A stretch of DNA of 63,784 nucleotides, filler included, from Cercozoa sp. M6MM (Eukaryota > Protista > Endomyxa: Ascetosporea): NCBI GenBank assembly GCA_040357565.1. It is 8 parts of 8 records of this genome, joined end to end, with 100 filler letters (N's around TTAATTAATTAA, not from the genome) between each part and the next. Parts side by side here need not be neighbours in the genome. Positions count along the whole stretch, not along the records: positions 1 to 30,813 come from JBDODJ010000129.1; positions 30,914 to 35,192 come from JBDODJ010001183.1; positions 35,293 to 45,754 come from JBDODJ010000443.1; 5 more parts are not named here. The stretch is one strand, 5' to 3'. The notes under the pieces were generated by a model. That model did no database searches. It was not told where the DNA came from and saw nothing but the letters and a program-made list of their open reading frames with translations. Positions 28,875-41,318 of the stretch are shown in pieces. A program made the position numbers and the translations under genes. The first letter of the stretch is position 1. Each line of letters begins with the position of its first letter.

Positions 28875-29287
28875 TGTTACAGACTGACTCAGATTATGCA
28901 GTCTCCGCGGGGATGAACCCAGACAGACCAGTTGGTCTCCCATCATTGAAGCAAAAGAGAAAGAAGAGTTAAGAGTTTGTGGCTCTCCGGTACTACTGCC
29001 CATAGAGCTGTGACTGGACCTGTCTGAAAGCCTGTCCCTGTAGATTGAGCCTGCCAGTTGGCAAAGAGAAAACCTCATCTACTTGGCATCAGCTGGTCAG
29101 TTGCTCTGCAGTTTGTACTGATATCCACCTCTACAAGTAAGCATTGGCTGCTGTAGAGAGAAGGGGTTTTCTTGTTAAATCTTCTCACGATTTTCCCCGT
29201 GACGGAAGTTTCCGTCTACAACTCCGTCTAGTTTGACGTAAGAACCCAGTTGCGTTGGGTTCTTTTCATCGACAACCGTCAGTAACA
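28875..29287. mobile_element. Solo LTR (413 bp)
   Basis: Starts TGTTACAGAC and ends GTCAGTAACA (9/10 inverted match, TG...CA). Flanked by 4-bp TSD TTTA at 28871-28874 and 29288-29291. No convincing coding frame. Confidence 0.8.
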
Positions 29288-29474
29288 TTTATATACAGTA
29301 CTCTAACCTCAGCTGACTGACGTTGACTCCAGGTCATGCGGTACGGTCGGTACGTACGGTATACAGTACTCTACCGTACCGTAAATTATAGGTTCCTGTA
29401 TACAACCAAGAGTTGCCTCATGTCTTCGCCCTCTTGTCGGAAGGCATAGCGACGAGAACGCGGCAGTCGGCGCA

Positions 29475-30249
29475 TCAAAGTGGCCTGGAACAGGTGAAAT
29501 CAGAGGTCATTCGGACCAGGAAAGAAGGAGAGAAAAGAGTGCAGTTAAATTTATACCATGTGGAGTTGGCGCGGTATAGGCGCCTTTGCTATGAATTCGG
29601 CGAGATCTTTTTGACTCAGGCCAGGCAGCTGGAGTTCGCCTAGCAAGCGCGCGTAGTACCCAACAGAGTCAGGAAAAGAGAGACAGAACGAATGGCAGTA
29701 CCAGAGTAGAGTTGCTGGCTGGCAAGCAGGACTTGGTACCAAGCAATTGGCCCCGCCAGTTCCCTCGGCCAGGACTCCTTCGACAGCGCCATGAAGCCAG
29801 GCAACGCGACTGTCGATAACTCGAGCGGCAGCTCCGGAAGGCTGCACTCGCGGTCGCGCTCGTCAATGTGGTCGCCGAGCATCCAAGCGCAGAGAAAACG
29901 ATTTGGCGCCCAGTAGGTCCCAGTATTTTGGACGGGATCCGAAGGACGCCAAGGACGCGACCAGCTGCTTGAAGAAGTGCCACGGGTCAGGTAGATTTGT
30001 CGCAGTGCCGCTCTGTACAGCGCGCTTAACGGACACACTGTGCACAGTGTTTTTTAAATGCACATAAGATACAACAGAAACACACAGACGCACAAACGCT
30101 CCTGTATCCACAGACGAGGTACCTTCATCATGCCCAGCATCAAGATTGACGAGTTGTCTGCTCAGAATTCCGAACTCGATCCATTCCGACATGTAGCTTC
30201 CGAACACCGTGAGAAACCAGCTCCACATGAGAATAGGCGCCGCTGCCAC
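29475..30249 (-). CDS. Unknown spliced gene or pseudogene
   Basis: Minus-strand exon-like ORF pieces bounded by GT-AG, with an apparent frame disruption near 29865. Confidence 0.3.
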
Positions 30250-30763
30250 ATACTGAACGCAAACTTACCACCTCAACAATAACAACAGCAACAACAACAA
30301 CAGCAGCAACAACAGCAGCAACAACAATAACAGCAGCAGCAGCAACAACAACAAGCGAAACGTACATAGCGTGGAGGCGCACGCACCCAGTGGATGAGTC
30401 GAAATAATCGCAATTCATTAAACTTTCGCGAACGTCGGAAATTGCGTTCTAACCGGTTGTAGGTAATACGTCGATACCTGGCGACTCGAGCCAGACGACG
30501 TAAGCCGCGCAGCCACTACAGACATCTCAATGACACATGACCCAAGGTCACTCCGTCCGTGCGGAAGTTTGCCCACTTACAACGACAGCGGCAATCGCGC
30601 AGGGGGCGTATCTCGACCGCGAGTGAGCATTGTCCTACGAATCGCAAAATGCACCCACACACACGCACACCAATGACACAGCGAACGCTACGAGCATCTG
30701 CTGGAGTTCCTGACGACGTTGCTCCGCCAGTTCTGGGTCCTTTGCCTGATCACACAGAGACAG

Positions 30764-30812
<49 letters not shown>

Positions 30813-30813
30813 G

Positions 30814-30913
30814 NNNNNNNNNNNNNNNNNNNNNNNNNNNNNNNNNNNNNNNNNNNNTTAATTAATTAANNNNNNNNNNNNNNNNNNNNNNNNNNNNNNN
30901 NNNNNNNNNNNNN
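30814..30913. other. Artificial contig-joining spacer N44-TTAATTAATTAA-N44 (also 35193-35292, 45755-45854, 47953-48052, 53777-53876, 56791-56890, 59948-60047)
   Basis: The same 100-nt pattern occurs seven times. The 12-mer has stops in all six frames, and genes are cut off at the spacers. Confidence 0.97.
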
Positions 30914-32620
30914 GCCGACAAGGTTGTTGCCGACAAGGTTGTTGCCGACAAGGTTGTTGTTGTTGCCTCCTCCGCTGGTACCAGACTGCGTCAAGTGCGA
31001 CAGCAGCGTCGTCTGACCCTTGGACGGCGCTAATGGCGGTCGCTCCTGGGTACGGTAGGGGGTAAGAAGTGTCGGTAGGGGGGTAAGAAGGTAGGTAGGT
31101 AGGGGGTAAGAAGGTAGGGAGGTAGGGGGGAAGAAGGTAGGTAGGGGGGTAAGAAGGTAGGTAGGTAGGGGGGTAAAGCTACACTGTCCAGCATGCGCGG
31201 CTTCTTGGCACGCCGCGAATTTCCCGACAGCACCGCCGATGCCGGCTACACGGGGTAGGGGGTAAGGGGGTGAAGTGTGGGGGGTAAAACTCCCTACCGT
31301 GGCTCNNNNNNNNNNNNNNNNNNNNNNNNNNNNNNNNNNNNNNNNNNNNNNNNNNNNNNNNNNNNNNNNNNNNNNNNNNNNNNNNNNNNNNNNNNNNNNN
31401 NNNNNAAGAAGCTACCGCCACCAGCTGCTGCTGCTGCGTGTCGATCAAAAGTGTTCGCCGCCGCCGCGGGGTGCGCTTCCGTGCTGGTGTGCTACTAATA
31501 CTGTCAGGGGAGCAAAGCAGAGGGAGAGGGGATAAAGCAGAGGGAGAGGGGGTAAAGCAGAGGAGGAAGGGGGGGTAAAACAACCAATACCCTCGAGCGC
31601 GCGACGAAGAGCGGTTGTTTTGCACGCCTGCGCAAAGTGAAATTCCACGCGAAAAACACGCGAAAAAGCGAAACGCGTCGCTACGAGAGTTCGACGAGAA
31701 GAACGAGCGAATGTCGCCGTCGTCAGATTTTACGTGCTGCCATGCGCACATCGAAGTATTACCCCCACCTTCCTCCCTTAGTCAGAAGTACCTGCAAAGG
31801 AGTCGATGCGTGTTGCGACACTCCGGCACCAAGGAACTGCAAAGACATTCCCTCACTAGACCTCACCCTCTTGGTCCTTATCCCTCCCCACTTTACCCCC
31901 TCCCCCCTTGTCCCCAAGACAAAGCATACAGGCCGACTGCGACTGCGCGAAGTGAAAGGAGCCATCGGCGCCGCCGGCGTGCCGGCCGAGCCTTGTCGAG
32001 AGGACTACAGTGGGTGCAGTCCAACAATACGTTTGTTGCTGTGCATGGAAACTACCTCTACAATAATGACAGAGCTCGTGCTGGCACCGGCATCCTTGGT
32101 GTCGACACTCTCCTTGCTGCTGCTGGGGGCCTTGCCTGCGTCGCCTGTGGATGCGCCATGACTCTGCACCTGCTTGCCTTGACTGCACAACACAGCATTT
32201 TGCTTCAACGCTTTGGCTCCAGCAATCCCGGCACACGAAGCAAACACACACACAAAGCAAACACACACAAAAAGCAAAAAACACAAAGCAACAACACACA
32301 AAGCAAAACCACACAAAGCAAAACACGAGCTGTACGGCAGCAAGACTGCATCCGACAATGAGAGCGACTGCGTCGGCACCACTACCTCCTGTGGCATCCC
32401 AGGCGGCTCGTGCTACTACTTCTCTACCATAGTGCACATACAAAGTCTCAAAACACCCAGCAATCCAGAGAAACGCCACAAAAACGAACAAACTGACTCG
32501 GTTCAGAAGTGCCCGCTCAAAAAAGTGACTCACCTTCCGCTCAAACTACACTCAGAAGTCTCGTCACACACCGCACTCGTGCCCCACAATATAGGTGCAC
32601 CACTTGGCACGCCTTGTTCG
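30914..32620 (-). CDS. Multi-exon low-complexity protein, 3'-truncated by the contig end
   Basis: Short exons (HVKSDDGDIRSFFSSNS, STPARKRTPRRRRTLL, NSRRAKKPRMLDS, ERPPLAPSKGQTTL) separated by GT-AG introns. Start uncertain. Confidence 0.45.
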
Positions 32621-32879
32621 TCTTATGGACGCGTTTTTTCGTGTCTTTATTTTCCCCCAGTTCTTTTTGTGCTTTTTGGGTCCTCGGGACAAGCGGTCGC
32701 ACGTTTGTACCATCTGGTAGAGCGCCGGATAGTGCATGAACTCCATTAATTAAAGTAAATGTGAGGTACGCTTTGCAGTGCTGAAAGTGTGCACGTGCGT
32801 TCTAGTCTGTTGTAGAGTGACGTGGTTTGCTTTTTTGGTGGATAGAGTCAAGTAGTTTGAAGGAAGCAGCGTTGCACCA

Positions 32880-34283
32880 ATGAGCGACATCGTCGATTGG
32901 TTCCTGCGCATTCCGGTGCGTTTGCGTCTGTTCTTTGCATGTGATCTTGTACAAAAAGCCTGTGCGTGCAGCCAGTGACGCGTTTCTACATGGGTGGCGC
33001 CGTGCTGACGACAGTTCTCTGCTGTATCGAAGTTGGAAACTAACTGACCTGGGGGGATGGAGGGATGAGTGCTGTTTGAAGGGGCCAACGTGCTGTCGCC
33101 GTTCTCGCTGTTCTTCTCGACCAAGAAGGTGCTTAAAGGCGAGGTCTGGCGCCTGCTCTCGAGCTTCTTCTTCTTCAGTCAGGAGCCGGACTTGGATTTC
33201 TTGGTATGAATACAACATGCACACACATGGACATGATGATACGCCTTGTGCTTGCTGCAGTTCCACATGTACTTCTTGCTGTCCTACTCGCGAGGACTGG
33301 AGGGTACACCTTGAGTTTACCCCTTCCTTTACCCCTTCCTTTACCCCTCCCTTCCCCCTTTTTACCCCTCTATATGTCACTCCTGTAGAAGCGAGTTTCC
33401 GTGGACGCAGTGCGGACTACTTGTTCATGCTGCTGTTTGGCGGTGCGCTCATTGTGCTGGCTGCGTCTTATGTAAGCTTTACCCCCCCCCGGGGGGGGGG
33501 GGGGGGGGCCCCCGGGGGACCGGGGGGGGGGGGGGGGGNNNNNNNNNNNNNNNNNNNNNNNNNNNNNNNNNNNNNNNNNNNNNNNNNNNNNNNNNNNNNN
33601 NNNNNNNNNNNNNNNNNNNNNNNNNNNNNNNNNNNNNNCCCCCTGGCATGTAGCTGTCGCTGACCTTCCTGTCGCCGTGCCTGACCTTCATGATGGTCTA
33701 CGTGTGGAGCAGGCGCAACGAGTGGCAGCAGATCCTCCTGTTCGGCGTGGTGCAGCTGCGCGCGCCCTGGCTCCCGTGGGTCATGGTCCTCTTCTCGCTG
33801 TCGCTGGGAGGTGCTTTACCCCCCTATTCCCCCCACCCTTTTATTACCTTAACCCCCCCCCCACCCTGTACCCTCACAGGCAGCATCGCGGCCGACCTGG
33901 TGGGCATTGCCGTGGGCCACCTGTACTACTACCTGCAGGACGTGTATCCCAACATGACGGTACGCCATGTTTGATACCTCCGTGTATGTATGTATGTGTG
34001 TATGTATGGTATGTATGGTATTTGATGCATGTATGAGTGTGTGTGTGTGTGTGTGTGTGCAGCCCTCGCGCAGGCGGCTGCTCAAGACGCCGGCCGTGCT
34101 GCGCCGACTCTTTCGCGAGCAACAACAGGCGCCGCATGTGTACTCTCTCCGCCTTACAACAACACACACCAACAGTCCACATCAAACCTGATCATCCAAC
34201 CTGATCATCCGACCTGATCATCCAACCTGATCAGGGCCGAAATGGCTGACGAGCTGCACAGACGTCTCAACGCAGACCAGTGA
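32880..34283 (+). CDS. DERL2: Derlin (Der1-like ERAD protein, Derlin-2/3 type)
   Basis: MSDIVDWFLRIPPVTRFY, GEVWRLLSSFFFF, FHMYFL...LEEASFRGRSADYLFML, YVWSRRN, APWLPWV and GIAVGHLYYYLQDVYP. Confidence 0.93.
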
Positions 34284-34684
34284 TCGAAACCAGCAAGGCA
34301 CTTTGTCGCGATCGGCACAAGAAGATAAAACCGTTTGATCGGTTCTAAACGCAGTTAAATTAGTCTACAATTAGCCCAAACCGCACCCAAGTTGCCAGAA
34401 AGCTTGACAATATCGAATTCGCTACACATTTTTTTGGAGTCTTACGGACGTTCCGGCTCAATTTTCGTGCTTCTTGTTTCGCGCTTTGCCAAGCCATCTG
34501 CTGTGCCTAGACGGTGCACAATGCACACTGGGAAGACTTCCTTGCACTCTTAACTAATTTTCTCGCGTCGAGCGATCTTCCCTCTCAAATAGCCCCAAGA
34601 TCGCGACAGCCTCGACAGCATCTGACAACTGCCATTGTTGCGGCCCAGAAAGAAAGTAAACACAGGCTGACGGCAGTTCCATCG

Positions 34685-35161
34685 ATGTCGCCTTGCACGA
34701 CGGTTCGCTTATGTTTGCGTCGTTGTGGATGACAAGGAAACTGACAGTTTGCAGTTTTTGTTTTTTGTTCTTTGTTTTTGTTTTTAACTTATCAGTTTAG
34801 CGTTTGTCGGTGTTTGTGTTTCGTGTATGTGGGTGTTCACATTGTTGTTGTATGTGGCAGGTGTACGGCGACGCGGTGTGGCACCTGTGTCGGCACCTGT
34901 GCGGCTCGGTACGTCGCGATGAGAAGCACGATGTCGCAGTCAAGCAGGTGAGGGGAGGTTTAATAGTTTAAGGGGTCGTTTAAGGTGTCGTTTAAGGGGT
35001 TAATGGGGAGCGTTTAAGGGAGTGTTGACTGTTTAACGGGGCGTGTGAAAGCACAGGTGCTGAAGCGACTGCGCGGCAGTCGGACGCGGCGCAGCGAAGT
35101 GTTGCCGTCGGTGCCGCCGCTCTCGCTCGAGATCGACGGCGTGGGACACATGGCGATCCCG
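34685..35161 (+). CDS. 5' part of a gene cut by the contig end, possibly a 2OG-Fe(II) oxygenase-domain protein
   Basis: Three in-phase exons ending PPLSLEIDGVGHMAIP, which resembles the 'PxLxIxGVGxIxLP' segment found before some eukaryotic 2OG-Fe(II) domains. Confidence 0.35.
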
Positions 35162-35312
35162 GTGCAGTTTTACCCCCCTGTTTACCCCCCCCNNNNNNNN
35201 NNNNNNNNNNNNNNNNNNNNNNNNNNNNNNNNNNNNTTAATTAATTAANNNNNNNNNNNNNNNNNNNNNNNNNNNNNNNNNNNNNNNNNNNNCCCCCCCC
35301 CCCCTCTCCCAG

Positions 35313-38300
35313 GACATCCTTTACTCCTGGTGCCGCGTAGAGTGTGTTGCGCCAGTTGGATGTCAAAATGGTTGTGGAGAATCCGACTGCTGTAGCATGT
35401 CTTTTAATCCGCTCATTTTACTCCCTTTTACCCCTTTACCCTATTACCCCTCACCCGATAATAGCAACAAGCGAGTGCGCACAACGAATTCAAAGTACAC
35501 TGTTCTCTTAGATTTATTAACGTTGATCTTTGTTGTTTCTGCAGTCGAACCCGATTTTGAGATGGGACGACCCTCGTCTCAAGCTGCACACGGTACCTCT
35601 TATCGTGTCACGTTCACCACATTCCAGCCCGTTGCACCTTTTTCTTTTGTGTTTTCATACGCGCTTGTGTGTGTGCAGTCGTTGCAGTACACGCTTCAGA
35701 ACGTGCTCAACTGGCAGTACCCACTGCCGATCCAGTCGCACTCCATCTTTGTCGATCGCATCTTTAAGCGGGTACCAGTCCTGTTCAGTTCCGTTCAGTT
35801 TTGTTCAGTCCTGTTCAGCTCTTCATATCTTTGACACGCCTGTTTTTTTTTGCATCAAAACACGAACTTATCGACCATCCCACACGTGATCACACAGGAC
35901 ATTTTTGGCATCTCGTGCACCGGCAGCGGCAAAACGGTAGCTTTTCGAACTTGGACTTTTTATTCTTCGGATTTCGGTTTTGTGAAGGCCGCGTACGGCG
36001 TGCCGATCCTACAAGCTTTGATCGACGAGTTCGGGCCCAAGGTGCCCAACAACCAGGGTGTGTTCTAGTATGGTGCTTAGGTGTCACGGGTTTGCTCACT
36101 CGGAGACGATACCTGCTGCTGTCATATTACACAGAGGAACAAGAAGCGAAAACCCGTCTGCAGGAACGCAAGCAGGTATTTTCGAAGTTCCTTTTGGGGC
36201 GCTGTTTTGCTGTTTTGCTGTTAAACGCATTCACGTGTGCGTCGCTGCTTGTGTTTTCGTAGAAACTGCAGCACAGCGAGAAACTGACGCCTCTCGCTTT
36301 TGTGGTACAGTTTTCTGTTGTGTTTTTGGACTCGGTTTGTAGTATTTTTGAAAGTACTGTTGGATGTGATTTGGACAGGTGATCCCGACGGCCGAATTGA
36401 GCGAGCAAGTGGCTCGTATGCTCCTCCAGGTGCGTGAATCTGCCTCTTGGCAGTGATACTTTTTTTTTGCCAAATAACCGTGTGTGTGTGGATGTGTGTG
36501 TTCAGTTGATTGCGGACACCGACTTCAGCGTGGCACATTGCGTACTGTCTCTTTTTGTGTTTGTTATTGTGACTTATGTGTATGTCTGCTGGGTTGTGTG
36601 CGCACAGTGCGGCGGCACCAACTACCTGGAGAACTATCATGCTGCGAAACAAAGTGGCGCCGATATTCTCATTGGCACTCCCGGCCGTCTACACCACATG
36701 TACGGCTTCTGTACCCTCCACATACCTCTTTACTTCATCTACCCGCTTTGCTCCATCTACACCTTTACTCTCTCTACCTCTTTACTCTCTATCCTCAGGT
36801 TTGAGGATGGCAAGCTTTCGTTTGAAGAACTGCGGGTGTTCGTGGTACCGTTTACTCTGTCCAGTCTGCACATATGGTGTCCAGTATGTACTAGTAGTAT
36901 GTACTAGTCCAATTTGTACTATCGGTATGTCCACTTGTGCTGACACACTGCTGCTGTGTCTAGGTGGACGAGGCAGATTATTTGTTGCGTGCCGACAAGC
37001 ACGGCGATCTTGACACAGAGCATGTCGATCGCGTGCGTTTCTTCTTTGCCCTGTTTACCCCCCCCCCATCCCCTTACCACCCGCTTATCGATACTCTCTC
37101 TTCGCACGCAGTTGGCGGAACTGCACGATGCGGCACTCGAGGTGCGACAGGACTGGCGTCGCTTCTTCTTCTCGGCCACTGTAGCCTTGTCCCTTTCAGC
37201 CCTCTTACACCCTATCCCCCGTACCCCTCTTATCCCCTCCCCCAGTGCACGCCGGAGGTATTGGAGATCACGAACCAAATGCTGGAGAGCCGCATCGATA
37301 TTCGCGTCGGCTGCAACAACTTCCTGTCGCCCACGGTGCATCACGTACCGGTTCACGTGTACGTCACTTCCTCTTAACCTCTCTTCTTAAAGGGACGACA
37401 GGAGTTAATTTGTACAGCATCGATCCGGAGGAGGGCAAGCAGCGCCAGTTGTTCGACCTGCTGCGCGAACACTTCGCCGAGCAATTGCAGGACGGCCGTC
37501 ACAAGCGTGAGTCCGCACCCTTAAATACTGCACTCGTGGCACCCTTAACTATGTGTCTGCACTCCTGACTCCCCTCACTATGTTCCATGTATCTTGCAGA
37601 ACGCAAGGCGATCGTATTTGTCAACTCGTCTGCTGAGGTCCTTTACCCCCATAGTACCTCCTTGACCCTTTACCCCCGTGATCGTTTCTTCTATATTTAG
37701 GCCGAGTACGTGGCCGAGTTTCTTCACGAGTATGCGGATCAACTGAGTCGTGTAACGAGATCCTTTGCTCTCCTTACCCTTTAGCCTTCCCTTTACCTTA
37801 CCCCCCTTTAACCCTGCCTCTGCAGGACACGATGGAGTGGGAGGCCATCTCTCGCGCTCAGCCCTACTCGGCCTCTATTGTATGGCCCCTCCTTACCCCT
37901 CCCCCACTTTACCCCCTTACCCCCTTACCCCACCCCTCTTACCCCCTTACCCCACCCCTCGTAGCTGTCGCCAGGCGAGCGCGAGCAAGTGGCGGAAAAC
38001 TTCCGTCGACGCAAACTGCGCGTCCTCATTGCCACCGATGTGCTCGGTAGTGTTCGGATTGGACCGTTCGGATGGGCCGTATGGACCATCCCTGTCGGAC
38101 CGTCCTAGTTGGACCGTCTATCTGGACTCTATGTGGTGTGTGTAGGACGTGGATTCGAGGCACCTCAGGTCTCGGCCGTGATTCACTACGACTTGCCGAT
38201 TCCGCTGCGGTAATTTGGTTTACCCTCCCCCCCCCCGCCCCCTTTACCCCTTCCTTGCCCCCAGCGATGCGAGCTTCGCGTCGGCAGTGACGACATTCGT

Positions 38301-38806
38301 GCAGCGTAGTGGTCGCACCGGCCGTGCTGGCAACATTGGTATTGCAACTTTCCCCCCCCCCCCCCCCCACTCCACTTATCATTTTGGGTCTGCAGGTTTG
38401 TGCTACTCGTTCTGGGAGCGGAACAACACTGATCACGAGCGCATGGCTGTACTCTACCTGATGCCCCATTTACCCTTACCCCATTTACCCTTACCCTTAC
38501 CCTTACCCCCACCTTACCCTCGTTCCCCTAATGTGATACAGGCCGAGGTGGTGCCTCTGCTGAAGGAGATGCTGCCCTTGCAGCACGAGTTTGTTGCGCG
38601 AACTGTAATACCGATTTTTGCTCCTTGCGTGTCTGTGTATATGTGCTTGGGTCTGTGTGCTTGTGTATGTGTGTGCTTGTGTATGGGTGTTTATGATATG
38701 TAAGTGGTTGTGTACCCCGCAGACCGACAGTCTGCCAGAGTTCCTGATGCAGATGCGTCACAATCACATGACGCGCCATCCAACTTATCCGGGTGATCGC
38801 TACTAG
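35313..38806 (+). CDS. Divergent DEAD-box RNA helicase, about 20 introns, 5'-partial
   Basis: Q motif (YPLPIQ), CTGSGKT, PTAELSEQ, GTPGRL, VDEAD, FSAT, IVFVN, IATDVLGRGFE and QRSGRTGRAG. Splice phases checked by hand. Confidence 0.9.
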
Positions 38807-39085
38807 CGTCAGGGAGTATTGTTCAATATTATTGGAGAACGATACCCTCCGACAAGTTCCGTATCGTGTATCCCTTGTCTACCACCCGCGACACGCACGA
38901 AAACACCGTCTCTCGTTGCATTCGCACGCGTGCCTCTCTCGCTCCGTGCTTCATTCAATTCGATACATCCGATCAGCCGTATGAAGAACACCGTGGCGCT
39001 GGTCTGAATCACCAGCAAGGATCGTTATATGACCGGGGAGCCGACACAAAAGAAGAACTCAAGTTATATGACCAGCAAACAGATT

Positions 39086-39159
39086 TTAAATCTTCTCACG
39101 ATTTTCCCCGTGACGGAAGATTCCGTCGACAACTCCGTCTAGCTTGACGTAAGAACCCA
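39086..39159 (+). repeat. 74-bp dispersed repeat; the other copy is at 29175-29248 inside the solo LTR
   Basis: 71/74 identical by hand alignment. Contains a GACGGAA-NN-TTCCGTC hairpin. Confidence 0.9.
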
Positions 39160-39239
39160 TTGGGGTAATTCTTCACTTCGCTCATTTTCGATACACGCAT
39201 CGGTGTGTTCTTCAGTGGGGGGTAAGGGGGTAGCGCGGG

Positions 39240-40414
39240 GCCAGTGCGATCGCAGGCGGGCTCGTAGAGTCACAGCACGCACTCGCTGGCACCGCGAACC
39301 GCCTCGTTCAGACTCGTTGCCGCGTTCAATCTGAGGGGGGAGTAGGTAAAGAGGGGAACAGGAAGGTAAGCAGGAAGGTAAAGAGGAAGGTAAACAGGAA
39401 GGTAAAGAGGAAGGAAAAAGGGGGGGTAAAGCGAGGGCTAAGAACGGGCTAAAGAGGAGGGTAAAAGGGGGGTAAAGTGAGGGCTAAAAACGGGCTGAAG
39501 AGGATGGTAAAGAGAGGGGTAAAGAGGGACCAAAGAGGAAGGTACAACAACGGGGGGGGAGGGTAAACGGGGGTAAAGAGGGGGGGTAAGACACGAGTCA
39601 GCGCTGAATTTCGGTCCGCACTGACATCAACAGTGCCACCAAATACAGTGGCACGAACTGTTTCACAGGGGGGTGGGGGGCCCCGCGCCGGTCGGGGTCG
39701 GGGTAAGGGGGAAGTAGGGGTAAACTACCATGGCCCATCGCAGAACCGTTCGGAACTGTTTCCAATTCTTTGTGGGTTTCACTGGAATCACCCAACCAAC
39801 CAGTCAACACAACAAGCCGTGTCCATATGGACATATACATATATATATACGTATGGACACACTGACTCACCGTCCGACGTGGCAGAAACGCTGCGCAACA
39901 GTGTGCTCTGACTCGTGTACTCTTGGTCCCACACCGTCTTGACTGCCGGGGGGGGGGGGGAGGGGTAAGGGGGATAAAGGGGGGTAAGGGGGATAAAGGG
40001 GGTAAGGGGGTAAGGGGTTACCTTTACAAGTAAGGAAAGCAGCTACAGCAGACACAAAAACGGCGACACTTTGCGGCGCTATCAACAACACCACCAACAA
40101 CAATACGCTGCCCTCTTGTCTGTGGGAGGGGGGTAAACTACCTGTGGGAGGGTAAACTACAGTCGCAATGCCGCATGTGGTCGAACCAGCATTATGCGCC
40201 ACGACGACCAAGTCGACTAGCCTGACATTGTCCCAAGCGAAACCGCGAACATGCTGAAAGTGCAGGGCAGCACTGGCAGAGGCAAAAAGATGTCAAACAA
40301 CCAGTCAGACAGCTCAGTGAACAGCGTCGGCGCCAGCCCGCGAGGGGGCAATGGCGAGCCGACACACAATCCTCGACGGACGACGCACCACAGGCGCGCC
40401 GTCCCAAACCTCAT
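39240..40414 (-). CDS. Unknown multi-exon, probably membrane, protein
   Basis: Hydrophobic exon-like pieces between introns that are C-rich on the minus strand. Frame not resolved. Confidence 0.3.
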
Positions 40415-41152
40415 GCTCAGTTCACCGAGGCGTAGTGTCCTCTTCCCGGTTGGGTTGTCAATCACAATTGAATGTGATATGAGAGAATACATACTATAGA
40501 AATTAATCCTTTCAAGTATGATCATGTTATGGTCGATGTGAACATGGTCTTGTGTTATTTTAACCACTCAAACTCCTCGTCGCAGATCATGGGTCACACA
40601 ATTCACACAATCAACCTTGATTCAACTCAACCCACTGAGAAGTTCGACCACTGAAACTGGATTTCTGCGACGCTCTTAGCCCTACTGCCTACAGTACTTT
40701 GCATAAAGATGGCTACGCCAAAATATTAAGAGGAAACAAAGTTCTGCAAAATTCCTAGTTGTAGCAGTGTAAATTAGACGCTTTGGTCTGCCTCAACTGC
40801 ATGCATTGTTGCGCACTTATGGTGGTTGCTTTCACAGTTGTCTACTGTCAACAAGTGTCTCAGAATGAGCGTCAATTTATTTAAAAAAATGTTGGTGTTG
40901 CGGACGTGTCTGATGGCGCCCCATGAACTGTGTGGTACTGTGGGACGCCACTGCACAAGTATGCGTCGCCATTCTAGCACTGCATTTGCTGAGTAGGCCG
41001 TTTCTCGTGTTTTCCGGACGAGTGCAGGTGGTCTTGCACTGCAGACAGGGTGGCAGACCTCCTCAGCGTCGACTCGTTCGACCGCTCTTTTGAGCGGCAC
41101 CTCCGGGAGATTTAGTAGCTGCTGCAGCGAGAACAGCAGAAACTGCAGCGAC

Positions 41153-41318
41153 CGACAACAACAACTGCAGCAACGACAACTACAACGACTGCATCAACAA
41201 CAACAACAACCACAACAACAACCACAACAACAACCACAACAACCACAGCAGCAGCAGCAACAACAACAGCAATATCAGCATCAACAACTACAACCACAAC
41301 AACAACAACAACAACAAC
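41153..41318. repeat. (CAA/CAG)n trinucleotide repeat, probably encoding polyQ in an unresolved + strand gene
   Basis: Visible repeat inside ORF 41090-41602. Confidence 0.7.

Noticed and set aside
33482-33538. polyC-polyG inverted tracts next to gaps (also 53743-53776)
   Set aside because: They abut N gaps in homopolymer regions, so assembly artefact is more likely than a real hairpin.
39027-39040. 14-nt match TATGACCGGGGAGC with the LOG start at 46401
   Set aside because: A single short match with no extension, compatible with chance.
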